From the NCBI RefSeq assembly GCF_006345805.1, contig NC_043006.1, positions 45,260,001 through 45,324,000 of the forward strand: a stretch of DNA of 64,000 nt, written 5' to 3'. The notes under the pieces are model-generated. The model saw only the letters and a program-made list of their open reading frames with translations, did no database searches and was not told where the DNA came from. The stretch is from Octopus sinensis (lineage: Eukaryota). The translations under genes were made by a program, and so were the position numbers. Shown here one piece after another: positions 11,901 to 26,090 of this stretch. The first letter of the stretch is position 1; every line of letters begins with the position of its first letter.

Positions 11901-14002
11901 GATAAAGCCGTTTTTGTCTTGCTTTCCTTCCATCAACCTGTACATAACTGCTTCTTCCATTTTCTGTTGTTTTTGTACTGCTTAAAGGCACATTTCTTTC
12001 CTGCCAAGCTTACTGTTTAAACCATGTTTGTGTTCTCCTAGTCAACAGCCTTATCATTACTGGTACTTTAAACTCTTCGGTTACATATTTGTGTGAATAA
12101 AATCGTTTTTCTTTGGAATAGAAAAAAAAGTCTATCTTTATTTCTTCTTTTGCTGGTGTCTCAATTTTAGGTTAAATCAGTGTTTCTCAAAGGGGAGGCC
12201 TATGGGACGGTCAGACAAGTTGTTCTGAGAAAATTTGGTTTAAATGTTTGACAACTCAGCACTGTCCATTGGACAGGGGGCATTTTTCTCGTATAAATAT
12301 ATATATTCAACATGAATGCATCATTCAAAATACTGCTTGGATTTGCCTGGAATTATATCTAAGGGCCTATACTTTCATGGAAGTACGGACCAACCTCCAT
12401 ACCTTTTGGAAAAAGATGAACTGTGAACCTTATTCTCCTGTCTGTATTCTTCTATCTACTTTTAATCTTTATTCTTCTATTTTATTCCTTATAATCTGTG
12501 AATTTCCCTGTCTAGGACTTTCATACATACTCACCTTGTCTCTGATGACTGAATACTCAGTGTACAGACATGCTAGCCTATCACTTGGGATAACCCAGAA
12601 ACATCTGTAAGACTTCAAATTCACCTTACCCTAATTAAATTATTATAAAAGACTTGAGATATTCATCCTGCCTTGATTTTTGCTGTCCTTTTCGTCTAAT
12701 ATATACTCTCTTTTACTCTTTTACTTGTTTCAGTCATTTGACTGTGGCCATGCTGACGCACCGCCTTTTAGTCGAGCAAATCAACCCCAGGACTTATTTT
12801 TTGGAAGCCTAGTACTTATTCTATCGGTCTCTTTTACTGAACTGCTAAGTATATATATATATATATATATACTACAACGGGCTTCTTTCAGTTTCCGTCT
12901 CCCAAATCCATTCACAAGGCTTTGGTTGGCCCGAGGCTATAGTAGAAGACACTTGGTGCCACGGTGCCACGCAGTGGGACTGAACCTGGAACCATGTGGT
13001 TGGTAAGCAAGCTACTTACCACACAGCCACTCCTGCGCATATATATATATATATATATATACATGCATATATACATACACTGATGCATGCATATACACAT
13101 TCATGCATACATACATACACAGATACATACAGCAAGCTTTCATACAGTTCATCAACCAAGGTTAAACTAGAAGATGCAATGCAATAAGATATAACTTGAG
13201 ACCACACAGTTACAAAACAATCTCCAAATCCATACGTCCATGCCTACATCTTACACACCACACACACACACATACATACAGATACACTCACAAAATTATA
13301 CATATGCATATGTGTGTGTATATATATATATATATATACACACACACATGATGCATGTATGCAGGCCAATTTATCTGCACAACAAATGCTACAGATATAC
13401 CAATACAGATAAACAAGACATCCGATAAGTATTTTAATGCATCAACCAAAACACATGCCATGCTTTACAGGGCATTGCCCTATGGTAAATAGAAATAACA
13501 AGATAAGAGAGAAGCAGTCGAACAAACAAGAACCTGTCGACATTGAAATACTGAGTAGCTTTTCAAGCATCTGTTTGCAGTGTGGAACTCATCCTTTGAA
13601 AATGATGAGTATCTTGACGAAACGTGGAAACAATATTTGGCTAACGTGGTTTAATTATAATAAACTACTAACTCATATAAACAAAATTAGAAGCCAACCT
13701 TTTCAAGATTATAGTGTAGAGAACCACAAAATTATCGGTCTAGGTCTCCAAAGTTATAATGGGGTTTTTACAGGTAAATGCAGGTATGGCTGAATGGTTG
13801 ATAAGTTTGGTTTGCAATCATGAGATATTGGGTTCGATGCTACAGTGTGTCATCTTACAGTAAATGCATTTACTATAGGTTTGTATCCCTATCAAGTATC
13901 TATACTCATCTTTGATGGTACAAAGCAGTAGACAATTTGACAGGGAAAATGATATCACTGCTTATAGCTTAGCAACTTTTGGAGAAGCACAAATGTAAAC
14001 AG

Positions 14003-14037
<35 letters not shown>

Positions 14038-14159
14038 TGCACACACACACACGCACACAAGCATAAACTCATGCATATGAGTACCTATGATGTTCTAGTA
14101 GTACCTGTGATAGCAGGTACTAGATCCTGCATTCAGTGGTTATCCTATTTCGAAGAATA

Positions 14160-14427
14160 AATAATAAATAAATAAATGCGCACTTTTAAAGCCTAGCCAG
14201 GCTCGTGGGCCCAGTTTTCCAGTTTCAATAGTGTATAGGTTCCCCAGCTGGATGGGACGCCAGTCCATCGCAGTGTTACTCATTTTTGCCAGCTGAGTGG
14301 ACTGGAGCAATGTGAAATGAAGTGTTTTGCTCAAGAACACAACGTATCGCCCGGTCCAGGAATTGAAACCACAATCTTACGATCATGATGCTGACATCCT
14401 AACCACTAAGCCACGCGCCTCCGCACA
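14160..14427 (-). mobile_element. tRNA-derived SINE (tail type ii)
   Basis: Near-perfect TSD ATTT(C/T)GAAGAATA; sister copy at about 53650-53902. Confidence 0.85.
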
Positions 14428-15253
14428 TTTTGAAGAATAGTCATATCTATAGCCAGAAATGGCTCTGTTGGTTAAGAAGGTTGCTTCCTAATCACATGGT
14501 GCCAGGTTCAGTTCCATTGCATGGAACCATGGATAAGTGTCCACTACAGACCTAGGTGGAAATGAATATGCATGGAAACTGAAAGAAGCCTGTCATAAAT
14601 ATGTGTGTGTGTGTGTTAGTAAGTTAATGTCTCCTGTCTTGACATCACATGATTGTTGTTGTAAACAAGTGTTACCATCATACAAGCAGTGATCTTTGTT
14701 TCCAATCTTCCATGGAAACATGAGCTCATCATGCTCCAGCGTGGCCACAATCCAACGAGTGAAAGCAGTAAAAAACTGAACAAAGTAAAAGATAGCTGCA
14801 AGAGATTACAAAGATAACAATCAATATCATTGTGTTGATGGGGGCGAAAAATATCCAGCGGTGATGGTCAGGATGGCAGGGAGTGTGTTGGGCTTAATCG
14901 GTGGATCTCAACCTGGGGCCATATGGCCCTTGGAGGTCCATATAAAATTTTTTGCAACTTGCATGGGGACTTCACAAGTGCTGGTGGCATGAAAAAACGC
15001 ACCCAGTAAATGCTGTAAAGTGGTTGGCATTAGAAAGGGCATCAAGCCATAGAAACCATGCCAAAAAAACCACCAGAGCACACTGCCATCAAACCATCTG
15101 ACTCATGCCAGCATGGAACATGGACAATCAGTGATGATGATAATGAAGGTCTTAAAATCAAACCCTCCAGTATGTTAATCACAACATGTCTTGTGAGGTT
15201 TTACAATGCAAACTGGACACTAAAAAATAGTTGTATAAACCTGGGGTACTTAC

Positions 15254-15349
15254 CAAATGTTGAATCAAGTCCGTTCTGTAATGGTCCCATCCAAGTTCCC
15301 CAATATGCAGACCGTTCTTTCGGAGTGCTAACTTCCAGTGATGTCCTGT
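15254..15349 (-). CDS. NERD1-like protein, coding exon 4 (absent from the ORF track)
   Basis: tctttatag|ACA...TTG|gtaagt; 96 nt, phase 0/0. TGHHWKLALRKNGLHIGELGWDHYRTDLIQHL fills the gap before the PHSW motif. Confidence 0.9.
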
Positions 15350-15439
15350 CTATAAAGATATTAACCATTATAATTAAAGTCCCAAGCTTTTGGAAATCAT
15401 TTCATATGACATGAGAAATAAAACACCACATGCACACAT

Positions 15440-15725
15440 AGGTATGAGTGTGTATGTGTGCATACATACACAAATACATACACATACATATATATATTTA
15501 TGTATATATATGTGTGTGTGTATATACATAGACAAATACACACATACATACATATATATGTGCTTATACATGTGTGCATGCATACATACACAAATACACA
15601 CACATACATATATATTTCTATGTATATATATATGTGTGTGTGTGTATATACATAGACAAATACACACATACATACATATGTGCTTATACATGTGTGCATG
15701 CATACATACACAAACACACACACAC

Positions 15726-15770
<45 letters not shown>

Positions 15771-15790
15771 TGTATGTAACACACACACAT
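15440..15790. repeat. Compound (TA/CA/TG)n microsatellite with an internal duplication of about 130 bp
   Basis: Block GTGCTTATACATGTGTGCATGCATACATACAC occurs twice. Confidence 0.85.
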
Positions 15791-17204
15791 ACTTTATTAT
15801 TCTTTTATTCTTTTATTTGTTTCAGTCATTTATTCTTTTATTTGTTTCAGTCACCGCCTTTAGTTGAGCAAATTGACCCTATGACTTATTCTTTGTAAGC
15901 CGAGTACTTATTCTATCGGCCTCTCTTGCCAAACTGCTAGGAGACAGAGACATAAACACACCAGCATCGGTTGTCAAGCGATGGTGGGGGAACAAACACA
16001 GACACACAAACATATACATACATATATATACGACGGGCTTCTTTCAGTTTCCATCTACCAAATCCACTCACAAGGCTTTGGTCGGCCCAAGGCTACAGTA
16101 GAAGACACTTGCCCAAGGTGTCACAAATTAGGAATGAACCCAGAACCATGTGGTTGGTAAGCAAGCTACTTACCACACAGCCATTCCTGCGCCTATACCT
16201 ATATTATCATCATCATCATCAAATTCCAACATAGTCCAATCTTTACATTTCATTTTAAAATTTTTACATTTTTTATATGTACTTTCATGTTTTAACCTTT
16301 TAGTATCCAGATTATCCTGTCAAATGTTTTGAATTAATAATGCATAATTTCACAGCTTCATGATTTCAACAATCTGATTGCTTATGCTTAGAGCGACATT
16401 GTAGGGTAGGTGTGAGAGACCAGATCTACTAGCTTGTCAAAACATAAAACAAGTAGAATAATTGGGCCAGTTTAAATGCTAAAGGGTTACAACAAGTTTC
16501 AGGTTAATATTTAAATATCAGCATCATTAACAAACAGCTAGTGTGCTTTACATTGTGAAAATACAGATACAACTCACTTTTGCCAGCTGAGTGGACTGGA
16601 GCAATTTGAAATAAAGTGTTTTGCTCAAGAACACAAACTGCTGCCAGGAATTGAATTCATGACTTTACAATTGTGAGCCAAATGCCCCAACCATTAAGCT
16701 ATATGCCTACGTGTAATTGGACCCCGCCTCACACGTGTGCCTACATGTGTGTGTGGGGGGGTCTAATAAAACCATTTCAATCTAGGGTGGTGCATTGGCA
16801 GAACTGTAAGAACCTTAGACCAGAAGCCTGTGTCAAGCTGAATCACCCTGAGAACTACGCTAAGGGTACACATGTCTGTGGAGTACTCAGCCACTTGTAT
16901 GTTAATTTCTGTCGGCAACAGGGCATGGATTTCATTATCGGCAGGACCTAACAGATCAGATTCTTGGCTTTGAACTAGCAGGATGTCATGCAGAGGATCT
17001 TGAATACAAGACAATGAATGAAGCCCTAATATTCCTAGTTAGATGGAAACTGCAGGACCACATGGAGCAGTGCCCTGTGACTCCTACAGTATGCGCAACC
17101 AAAACCCCTATGGAGGGCATACTATGGGACGACCTAGATGAGAGATGTTCCATTGATCAGATCAACTGGAACACTCGTTGTCATAACCAATGAAGTGCCT
17201 GTTA

Positions 17205-17622
17205 TTCTTTTCTACTCTAGGCACAAGGCCTGAAATTTAGGGGGAGGGAGCTAGTCAATTAGATTGATGCCAGTATGCAACTGGTACTTAATTTATCAAC
17301 CCTGAAAGGATGAAAGGCAAAGTCGACCGTAGCAGAATTTGAACTCAGAACGTAAAGACAGACGAAATACCACTAAGCATTTTACCCAGCATGCTAACGT
17401 TTCTTATTTCTTTATTGCCCACAAGGGGCCAAACATAGATGGGACAAACAAGGACAGACAAAGGGATTAAGTCGATTACATCAACCCCAGTGTGTAACTG
17501 GTACTTAATTTATTGACCCCCAAAAGCATGAAAGGCAAAGTCGACCTCGGTGGAATTTGAACTCAGAACATAATGGCAGACGAAATACCGCTAAGCATTT
17601 TGTCCGCCATGCTAACCACCTT
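17205..17622 (-). mobile_element. Two tandem Deu/Nin-domain SINE copies
   Basis: Core GTCGACTTTGCCTTTCATCCTTTCGGGGTCGATAAATTAAGTACCAG; further copies near 24425, 37050, 39365, 43775, 44130 and 55830. Confidence 0.75.
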
Positions 17623-18031
17623 AATGAAATGCCAGTTACTGACCCCTAAATGAGTGAAGAGGGAAGTTGAGCTTAGCAGTACTTGAACTCAAAGTGGTAA
17701 GAATCAAAGCCAATATCATGAGACATTCTTTCTGATGCTCTGCCAACTCTATTTTGAATTAATCATGCATTATCTCAAAGCTAAAAGATTGTTTAGTTTT
17801 AAAATGACATTGTAGGGCAGATATGAGCAGCTGGAACTGGCAGATTTAAACACTAAAGGGTTAATAATGGTTGACTGAATATACTGAATAATGAGTCAAA
17901 ATGAAAAACATCTGACCAATCAGAACTGACCAGACAGGCTAAGCACAAAAATCTGACCAATCAGAACTGGTCACACAAGCTACTCACAAAAACCACCGCT
18001 GAAACTGCAATATAAATTGTTGATAGCATAC

Positions 18032-18167
18032 CTTTGCCTCTGATCTTTTACCACTGAAATCACCGGGAAGATGGTGCCATCGAATAGCTCCGTCTAAGCC
18101 ATTCAAAGCAAACGTAGAGAAATGTGTGAGAGTATCTTGCTGTTCTGAAGACTTTGGTTCCGACAAG
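18032..18167 (-). CDS. NERD1-like protein, coding exon 3
   Basis: ttattgcag|C...AAG|gtatgc; 136 nt, phase 2 to 0, matching exon 2; LTHFSTFALNGLDGAIRWHH. Confidence 0.92.
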
Positions 18168-20362
18168 CTGCAATAACAAATTATTGTAAGGTCATTTGGA
18201 TGGAAAAACTTAACAAGAATTACATTAGTAATATTGCTTTTTATTTTTAAATTATAATTATTCAGATTATCAAACTTTATCCTTGGAAATAAAAGATTTT
18301 GTTTTCTTTCAATATTTGCATTGACCTTACATTTGACCAGGCTTGTCTTTGATAATCATCATCAAGAGTGTTATTCCTGGATGTTCCTATTTATTAGGTT
18401 CTCTGAATTTAGTGGTAAATGCTCCTCATTCAAATAAAATCTGGTTCAGTGAATGTACAGAGCAACAAATAAGTGCCCTCATGGTTGTTCCAGATGATCA
18501 TCGGGGGAGATCCTCTGCGCTACTGAGGCTTACAGGATCGTCTGGGACAATCACGAAGGCACTAGTTGCATCATTTACCTTTTGTTTCAATCATTAGACT
18601 GCGTCCATGACAGAGCATCAGCTGGAGGAATTTTAGTCAAATAAATTGATCCCAGTACTTTTTTTATTTAAGCCTGGTACTTATTCTATTGGTCTCTTTT
18701 GCCAAACTGCTAAGTTACAAGGACATAAACAAACCAACACTCGTTATTAAGAAATGATAGGGGACACACACACACACACACACACACACAGAAGTATGGT
18801 GCAGGCTTCTGCATGGCCAGCTCCTGTCTAACCATCCAACCCATGCCAGCATGGAAGGAGGACATTAAACGATGATGATATATACATATATACTCTTTAC
18901 TCTCTTTTACTCTTTAACTTGTTTCAGCCATTTGACTGTGGCCATGCTGGAGCACCACCTTTTAGTCGAGCAAGTCAACCCTATTTCCAATATTCTGTGA
19001 GAACATGTCTAGCCATAGGGAAGTATTGGCTTGCTTGGAAGCAGATGAAGGTTGGTGACAGGAAGGGCCTCCAGCTATAGGACTTATTCTTTGTAAGCCT
19101 AGTACTTATTCTATCGGTCTCTTTTGCAGAACCGCTAAGTTACGGGTACGTAAACACACCAGCATCGGTTGTCAAGCGATGTTGGGGGGACAAACACAGA
19201 CACACAAACATACATATATATATATATATATCAACCGTCCAACCCATGCTAGCATGGAGAACGGACGTTAAACGATGATGATGATGATATATATATATAT
19301 ATCCATACATATATACAATGGGCTTCTTTCAGTTTCCGTCTACCAAATCCACTCACAAGGCTATAGCAGAAGACACTTGCCAAAGGTGCCACACGATGGG
19401 ACTGAACCCGGAACCATGTGGTTTGTAAGCAAGCTACTTAACACAGCCACTCCTATGCCTAGCCACTTACCACAGGTGTATTAAATATATATAATACACC
19501 TACACACACAAACATGTCAGGCTTCTTTCAGTTTCCATCTACCAAATCCTCTCACAAGGCTGTAGTAGAAAAGGCTTGCCCAAGGTGTTACTGTCATACA
19601 AGCAATATCATTTATTTCCAATATTCTGTGAGAACATGTCTAGCCATAGGGAAGTATTGGCTTGCTTGGAAGCAGATGGGGGTTGGTGACAGGAAGGGCA
19701 TCCAGCTATAGGAAACCTGTCTCAATAAACTCCATCAAATGAACCCAGAACCAAGTGGCTGGGAAGCACACTTCTTACGCACAGTCATACCTGTGCTTGC
19801 ATACTGCTCATATTTAAGTGGGATGAGATGCAATGATGTTTTCTCGATATGGGTAGTGTTTGTGGATTTTTTTTTTTACCTTTGGTGGTTCAGACAAGAC
19901 TGGCATGGCTCCATTGGAAGATATTTCTAAGTTCTTTGTTGAAAAGTCTATATTTGATTTTATATCATCATCATTTTGAAGCCTACTTTGTCATATTGGA
20001 TGGAGCTTATTGAGACAGGTTTCCTATAGCTGGATGCCTTTCCTGTTGCTAACCCTCATCTGCTTCCAAGCAAGCCAATACTTCCCTATGGCTAGACATG
20101 TTCTCACAGAATACTGGAAATAAATGATATTGCTTGTATAACAATGACACTCATTTACAACTATCATATGATGACAAGGACACACACACATGCACATAAC
20201 AGGCTTCTTTCAGTTTCCATCCATCGACCAAATCCACTCATAAGGTTTTGGCCAGTTTGAAGCAATAGTAGAAGACACTTGCCTAAGGTGTGCTACACAG
20301 TGGTTGGGCAGCAACCTTTTTTGCACATGGCCACACCTATATCTGTGTCTATCTATTCATAC

Positions 20363-20532
20363 ATAGGAGTGGCTGTGTGGTAAGTAGCTTGCTTACCAGC
20401 CACATGGTTCTGGGTTCAGTCCCACTTGGGCAAGTGTCTTCTACTATAGCCTTGGGCTGACCAAAGCCTTGTTGAGTGGATTTGGTAGACAGAAACTGAA
20501 AGAAGCCTGTCGCATATATATGTGTGTGTGTG

Positions 20533-20575
<43 letters not shown>

Positions 20576-20788
20576 TGTGTGTATGTTTGTGTGTCTGTGT
20601 TTGTCCCCCAACATCGCTTGACAACCAATGGTGGTGTGTTTACGTCCTCGTAACTTAGTGGTTCGGCAAAAGAGATCAATAGAATAAGTGCTAGGCTTCC
20701 AAAGAATAAGTCCTGGAGTCGATTTGCTCGACTAAAAGTGGTGCTCCAGTATGGCTACAGTCAAATGACTGAAACAAGTAAAAGAGTA
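20363..20788 (+). mobile_element. Abundant composite SINE with internal (TA)(TG) microsatellite
   Basis: Head GGAGTGGCTGTGTGGTAAG...GGTTCAGTCCC, CCTTGGGCAAGT core, tail GACTGAAACAAGTAAAAGAG; many copies in the window. Confidence 0.85.
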
Positions 20789-22082
20789 TATATATATACA
20801 CACACACACACACCTACACATGCAATTATAAATAGAATGTATTTCCTTTTAATCTGAAGAAATACTAGCCAAAACATCAGAATGATTAAAGTTCAATATA
20901 GACTATCACAAGGCTGATATTATATAACAGCATTAACACTGTTGCATAACAGCAGATTGTTATGTAATTCTGCCAAGCAGAACATGGCTCTCTGATACAA
21001 ATAGCGAAATGGGTGGTTGTGATGCTCATGGCTCTGACAAGAATCAGTTAAATCCAGAAATACTACACTAAAGAGATTACAGTCTCTAAACTGAGACTGT
21101 CAGACTTCTAGTATTATTTTTACAGCATTATCTCTCTGTTCAATAAACAAAAAAAGAGATAATAGCAAAATGTGATGAGGAGGAAAACAGTTGTTGATAG
21201 TTCAGGAAAAAATTAAATGAAATTCTTTTTTTGTATGTTTGGTATTACATTGGTTTTAGTATTTCTTGAGACAAAACAAAGCAGAACAATGAGGTATAAA
21301 TAGTTGTTTATTTCACAGATTAATGCAATAATTTGCATAAAATTTGTGACCTTTTGTGTCCGAAATTGTCTGTCAATGAGTGATCAGTCCAGCTACCTAC
21401 TTAGAAAGTGGTGAAAGGAACTTGTAATGATTTGGTAAAGAGAAACATTTAACATTAAACGTTTGCTCCTTTCACAAACTATAGAGACATATAATTGTTT
21501 CTGACGCATAAAAACATACATAAACACAAATAGAAAAAACATGATAACGCACAGAGATGTGCAAACACGAAAATGTAATATAATGACATATCAAAACACA
21601 CAGACCTATAAAGACAAACAATGCTACAGAGACACAGAAATCACATCACAATGATATATATAAAGCTATGTAATGTTATATCATCATCATCATTTCACAA
21701 CTATTTTTTCATGCTTGCAGGGGTTGGAGATAACAAAGGGGATCACATTATCATCTCTTTTATGAAGTTCAGCTTCCTGAGATCAACTTTCACCACTTCT
21801 TCCCAGTCCCTTCCACTTGGATCATTGGGTACTTCCTTACTCATTTCTCATCCTCCATTTGCATCACATGTACAACTGGTAAACAATTATCTCATTCTAA
21901 GGATGTACTGAGGTGATTTGATCAAATAATAGTTCGTTGAGAAATTCATCTTTCTCATACACTAAATATGATTGATGTTAGGAGATAATAATGACCCTAG
22001 AGAACAAGTCTATTTCATTTAATGCATGAATCACAGTAGTATCCCAGCTAAACCTAAAAAGTGTTGTAGAAAGAAGGTGATA

Positions 22083-22648
22083 TTGGGTTGTCGGGAAAGT
22101 TCGTGCTGATTTTTAAAGGAAAGAAAAAGGTCAATGAATGCTTGCCATTACATTTTTAATCAACCAGATATGAACCATTTTGTTGCACAATGCATCTCCA
22201 TCTTTCCTTTAACTTGAAAATACCCTCTTCCCAGAATTGAAGTGGTTTCATGACAAAGAATTCATCAAGGTATCTTTTTACATCATCCAAGGAATTGAAA
22301 TTTTTACCATTAAGACTATTCTGCAGAGACTTGAATAAGTGGAAATCCGAAGGAGCAATATCTGATGGATATGGAGGGTGGGGTAACACATCCCAGCCGA
22401 GCTGCAGCAATTTTTGTCTGGTTCCCAAAGCATCAAGTGCCGAAAATGAACTTTCTTATCTTCTATTTTAAAGGGTTACAGAATTAACACAGGTTATAGG
22501 AACATAAACCTTCTTCCACGAAAAGATAGCTTAAACTGTGCTCTAAATGGAGGTGTAGTCAAATCCTATTTTATGGACTCAACCATGTTCTAAAACACAT
22601 CGAAAGGTAAGCTACAATAAATTGGCATGAACTTTCCAGACAACCCAA
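22083..22648 (-). mobile_element. Internally deleted mariner (Tc1/mariner) element
   Basis: About 28-bp TIRs TTGGGTTGTC(G/T)GGAAAGTTC with TA duplication; transposase C-terminus WDVLPHPPYPSDIAPSDFHLF...W; N-terminal stub EDKKVHFRHLMLWE. Confidence 0.93.
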
Positions 22649-23694
22649 TACTTACTCCTACAAATATTAAGTGAGATTTGTACATAGCAGTACAAGCTTC
22701 ATTTTTTGTTGATTTCTCCTATATGGTTTTTTTCTCACCTCATTTGTGTTCAGTCACACATGTACGCTAACGTTACATAATCAGTGGAACACACTCCTAT
22801 TTTTGCCAATCTTCACTTATTCAAGATTGCATCCAAGAATGCTTCACTACCCTGCAATATTGCACTTTATATGAAAGCATTTTAATTTGTTTTTCACCCA
22901 GAGAGAGAACCCCTCTGTTGCAGCAGAGATTATAACTCCTAGACATTTTCCACAGGCCACTCTGCTTTTGCAACACCCACCTAACAGAAGAGACCAGCAA
23001 TTTTATAGAAACCTTCCTATCATTTGAAAAGCATATAATAAGGGTGCTCAGACTGCTAACTTCTTTGCATCTATTACATACATAATAACCCATTTGTGTC
23101 AATCTGTCTGTGATCCCACCACATTTCTTGTGAACAAACGCTTCACACCAGATACGCTATATAGAATTTCTACCTTTTCTGCATACTGAGGAAGGCCGTT
23201 TCCCAGATGGTGGTTTTATATTTTGTGTTCTTTCTTGCTATGATTTTTATTCTTTGTTAGCTTTACGGAGCTGACAAGGGCTTTTCAACAACAACAATAA
23301 AAAGTAATTCTAGTAAAGCCATCTTACAGTGGAATATGAACTCCTAGACTTTGTGATATAAATCCATATGCTAATGATATCTTCTAGACCCCTTGAGAAA
23401 CCAATGAGGGAGCTCTATGCTAGAAACGGCACCCAAATCTTACTCAAATCAACTATTACCACTCTTATATATATCTTCTTTTATTCTTTTACTTGTTTCA
23501 GTCATCTGACTGCAGCCATGCTGGAGCACCGCCTTTAGTTGAACAAATCGACCCCAGGACTTATTCTTTGTAAGCCTAGTACTTATTCTATGAGACTCTT
23601 TTGCCAAACCACTTTGTGACGGGGATATAAACACACCAGCATCAGTTGTCAAGTGATGGTGGCGGGGACAAACATGGACACACAAATATATACA

Positions 23695-23820
23695 TGGTTC
23701 TAATTCCACTGCAGTAAATTCTGCCACGGAAAATTCCACTAGGTAAATTTCACAAGGTGTATTCCACTACGGTAAATTCCACCCGCTGGCAGAATTTACC
23801 TGGTGGAATTTACTGGTCAC
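23695..23820. repeat. Small fold-back insert of GGWAAATTCCAC subrepeats within a SINE microsatellite
   Basis: AATTCCAC..GTAAATTCTGCCA is inverted as TGGCAGAATTTAC..GTGGAATT; interrupts the SINE at 23477-24025. Confidence 0.6.
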
Positions 23821-25696
23821 TTATAAACATACATATATATATTTTTATATATATATATACACAACTGGCTTCTTCCAGTTTCTGTCTACCAAATCCACTC
23901 ACAAGACTTTGGTCAGCCTGAGGTTATAGTGGAAGACACTTGCCCAAGGTGCCATGCAGTCGGACTGAACCCAGGACCATATGGTTGGGAAGCAAGCTAC
24001 TTAACACACAGCCACGCCTGCACCTATATACAAAATAACACATTGAATAGGGTAGTCACAGACGTGCAGTTTTCTATTTTCAGACAATGAAGAATCCTTC
24101 ATTTCACTATCTTACCAATAATGCTATTTTGACAGCTAGTTAGTTCATAGTTTAAATTACACTTCTGAAAATAAAATGGGGAACACATAAGTCAAGTTAA
24201 TCAAAGCTGACATGGGCAGGTAGAGAGGGTGGTATTGAATAACAACAGTAACAACAACAACACACCCACCCACCCACCCCGCTCCCGTTTGTGTTTGTTT
24301 AACTAGGATTAACTTGAAATTAATACTGGATTATTTTCCTGTCCTTCTAGTAGTGGACTTATTTAACTTTCTTTATTTTTCAAAAGGCAGAAATAACTGG
24401 TGGTTAATATTCTTTTCGACTCTAGATTGACCCCAGTATGCAACTGGTACTTAATTTATCGACCCTGAAAGGATGAAGACAAAGTCGACCTCAGCGGAAT
24501 TTGAACTCAGAACGTAACGGCAGACGAAATACCGCTAAGCATTTTACCCAGCGTGCTAACGTTTCTGCTAGCTCACCACCTTATTAGTGGTTAATGTTAA
24601 TGAAATTGTTAGCACACCGGGCAAAATGCTAAAGTTCAAATTCCACTGAGGTCAACTTTGCCTTTCATCCTAAAATAAGTACCAGTTGAGTACTGGGGGC
24701 CAATGTAATCGACTTACCCCCTACCCCAAAATTGCTGGTTTGTGCCAAAATTTGGTACCAATGTTAATGGAATTAATCTATCGTTTACCTTTTACTTGTT
24801 TCAGTTATTTGACTGCAGCCATGCTGTAGCACAACCCTGAAGGGTTTTAGTCAAATCAACCACAGTTCTTATTTTTTAAGTCTGGGACTTATTCTATCTG
24901 ACACTTTTGCTGAACCAATAAGTTATGGGGATGTAAACAAACCAACACCAGTTGTCAAGTAGTGGGGCAGACAAACACAAAGACACACACACACAAAATG
25001 ACTTCCCATACAGTACCTGTCTGTTAAATTCACTCACAAGACCTTGGTTGACCTGGGGCAGTAGTAGAAAACACTTACCCACGGTACCGTGCAGTGGAAC
25101 TGAACCCAAAATTACATGGTGCAAAACTGAGCTTGTTAACCACACGACTATGCCTAAACTGAGACTGACTTGCCCTTTGCAATCATGCTAACTCTTTTAC
25201 ATTACCAACAGCTATAAGAAATGCATGAATGTTACACAATCTCATGGTTGTTTATTATGCAAGTATAAATCTGAAGTCAGAATTTGTTGGGTTTGGAGGT
25301 TGTTTTATATAAGAAATCAATAGCCTACAAAAAATTATATACTTCCCACATCCTCTCTTGCTCTCCTGGGGCTACTGTAATATCATCTCCACCTTTAGTA
25401 TCAACAGATGGATGTTTCATTGTCAAAATAAACTCAGCGCAAAACACAAGCTTGTGCTACTAGCATCATCACCATAAACACCACCCAACTGACTTCATTT
25501 TTCTCATTATCAACTGAGATATCTATGAGATTCTTTCCTCGTTTCTTTTGCTTGTACTTTTTCTGTTTCAGTAGCATAAAACCACTGAATGAGGACAACT
25601 GAATGCTGGGGAAAATTATATAACCAGCACCAACAGCCTTTCCTGCTTTAGAATCTAAACAATAATAGACATAAGTCTGCAAAAAGATAAATAAAT

Positions 25697-26090
25697 AGGC
25701 GCAGGAGTGGCTATGTGGTAAGTAGCTTGCTTACCAACCACAAAGTTCTGGGTTCTGTCCCACTGCATGACACCTAGGGCAAGTGTCTTATACTATAGCC
25801 TCAGGCAAATCAAAGCCTTGTGAGTGGATTTGGTAGATAGAAACTGAAAGAAGCCCATTGTATCTATTTGTGTGTATATGTTTGTGTGTCTGTGTTTGTC
25901 CCCTCAGCATCACTTGACAACCAATGCTGGTGTGTTTATGTCCCTGTAACTTAGCGGTTCAGCAAAAGAGACCAATAGAATAAGTACTAGGCTTACAAAG
26001 AATAAGTCCTGGGGTCGATTTGCTCAACTAAAAGCAGTGCTCCAGCATGGCCGCAGTCAAATGACTGAAACAAGTAAAAGAGTAAAGAGT
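25697..26090 (+). mobile_element. Full-length composite SINE
   Basis: Same family as 20363-20788; minus copies at about 1310-1745, 12706-13040, 15806-16195, 36506-36907 and 44507-44963. Confidence 0.85.

Noticed and set aside
12537-12570. TGTCT-CTGATGA-CTGA..TCAG-TGTAC-AGACA hammerhead-like remnant
   Set aside because: Stems I and II are present but GAAA is missing; at best a dead copy.
13600-13630. ATGATGAGT..ACGAAACGT
   Set aside because: Lacks C3 and stem I; also no D box or terminal stem supporting a C/D snoRNA.
15374-15898. Y/I/H/T/C/V-rich ORFs here and elsewhere
   Set aside because: Artefacts of (TA)/(CA)/(TG) microsatellites.
17912-17970. Duplicated TCTGACCAATCAGAACTG next to exon 3
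   Set aside because: Short local duplication; no independent support for a regulatory role.
25434-25682. 82-aa minus ORF with acceptor-like sites inside intron 2
   Set aside because: Both candidate acceptors give immediate stops in the required phase; no family motif.
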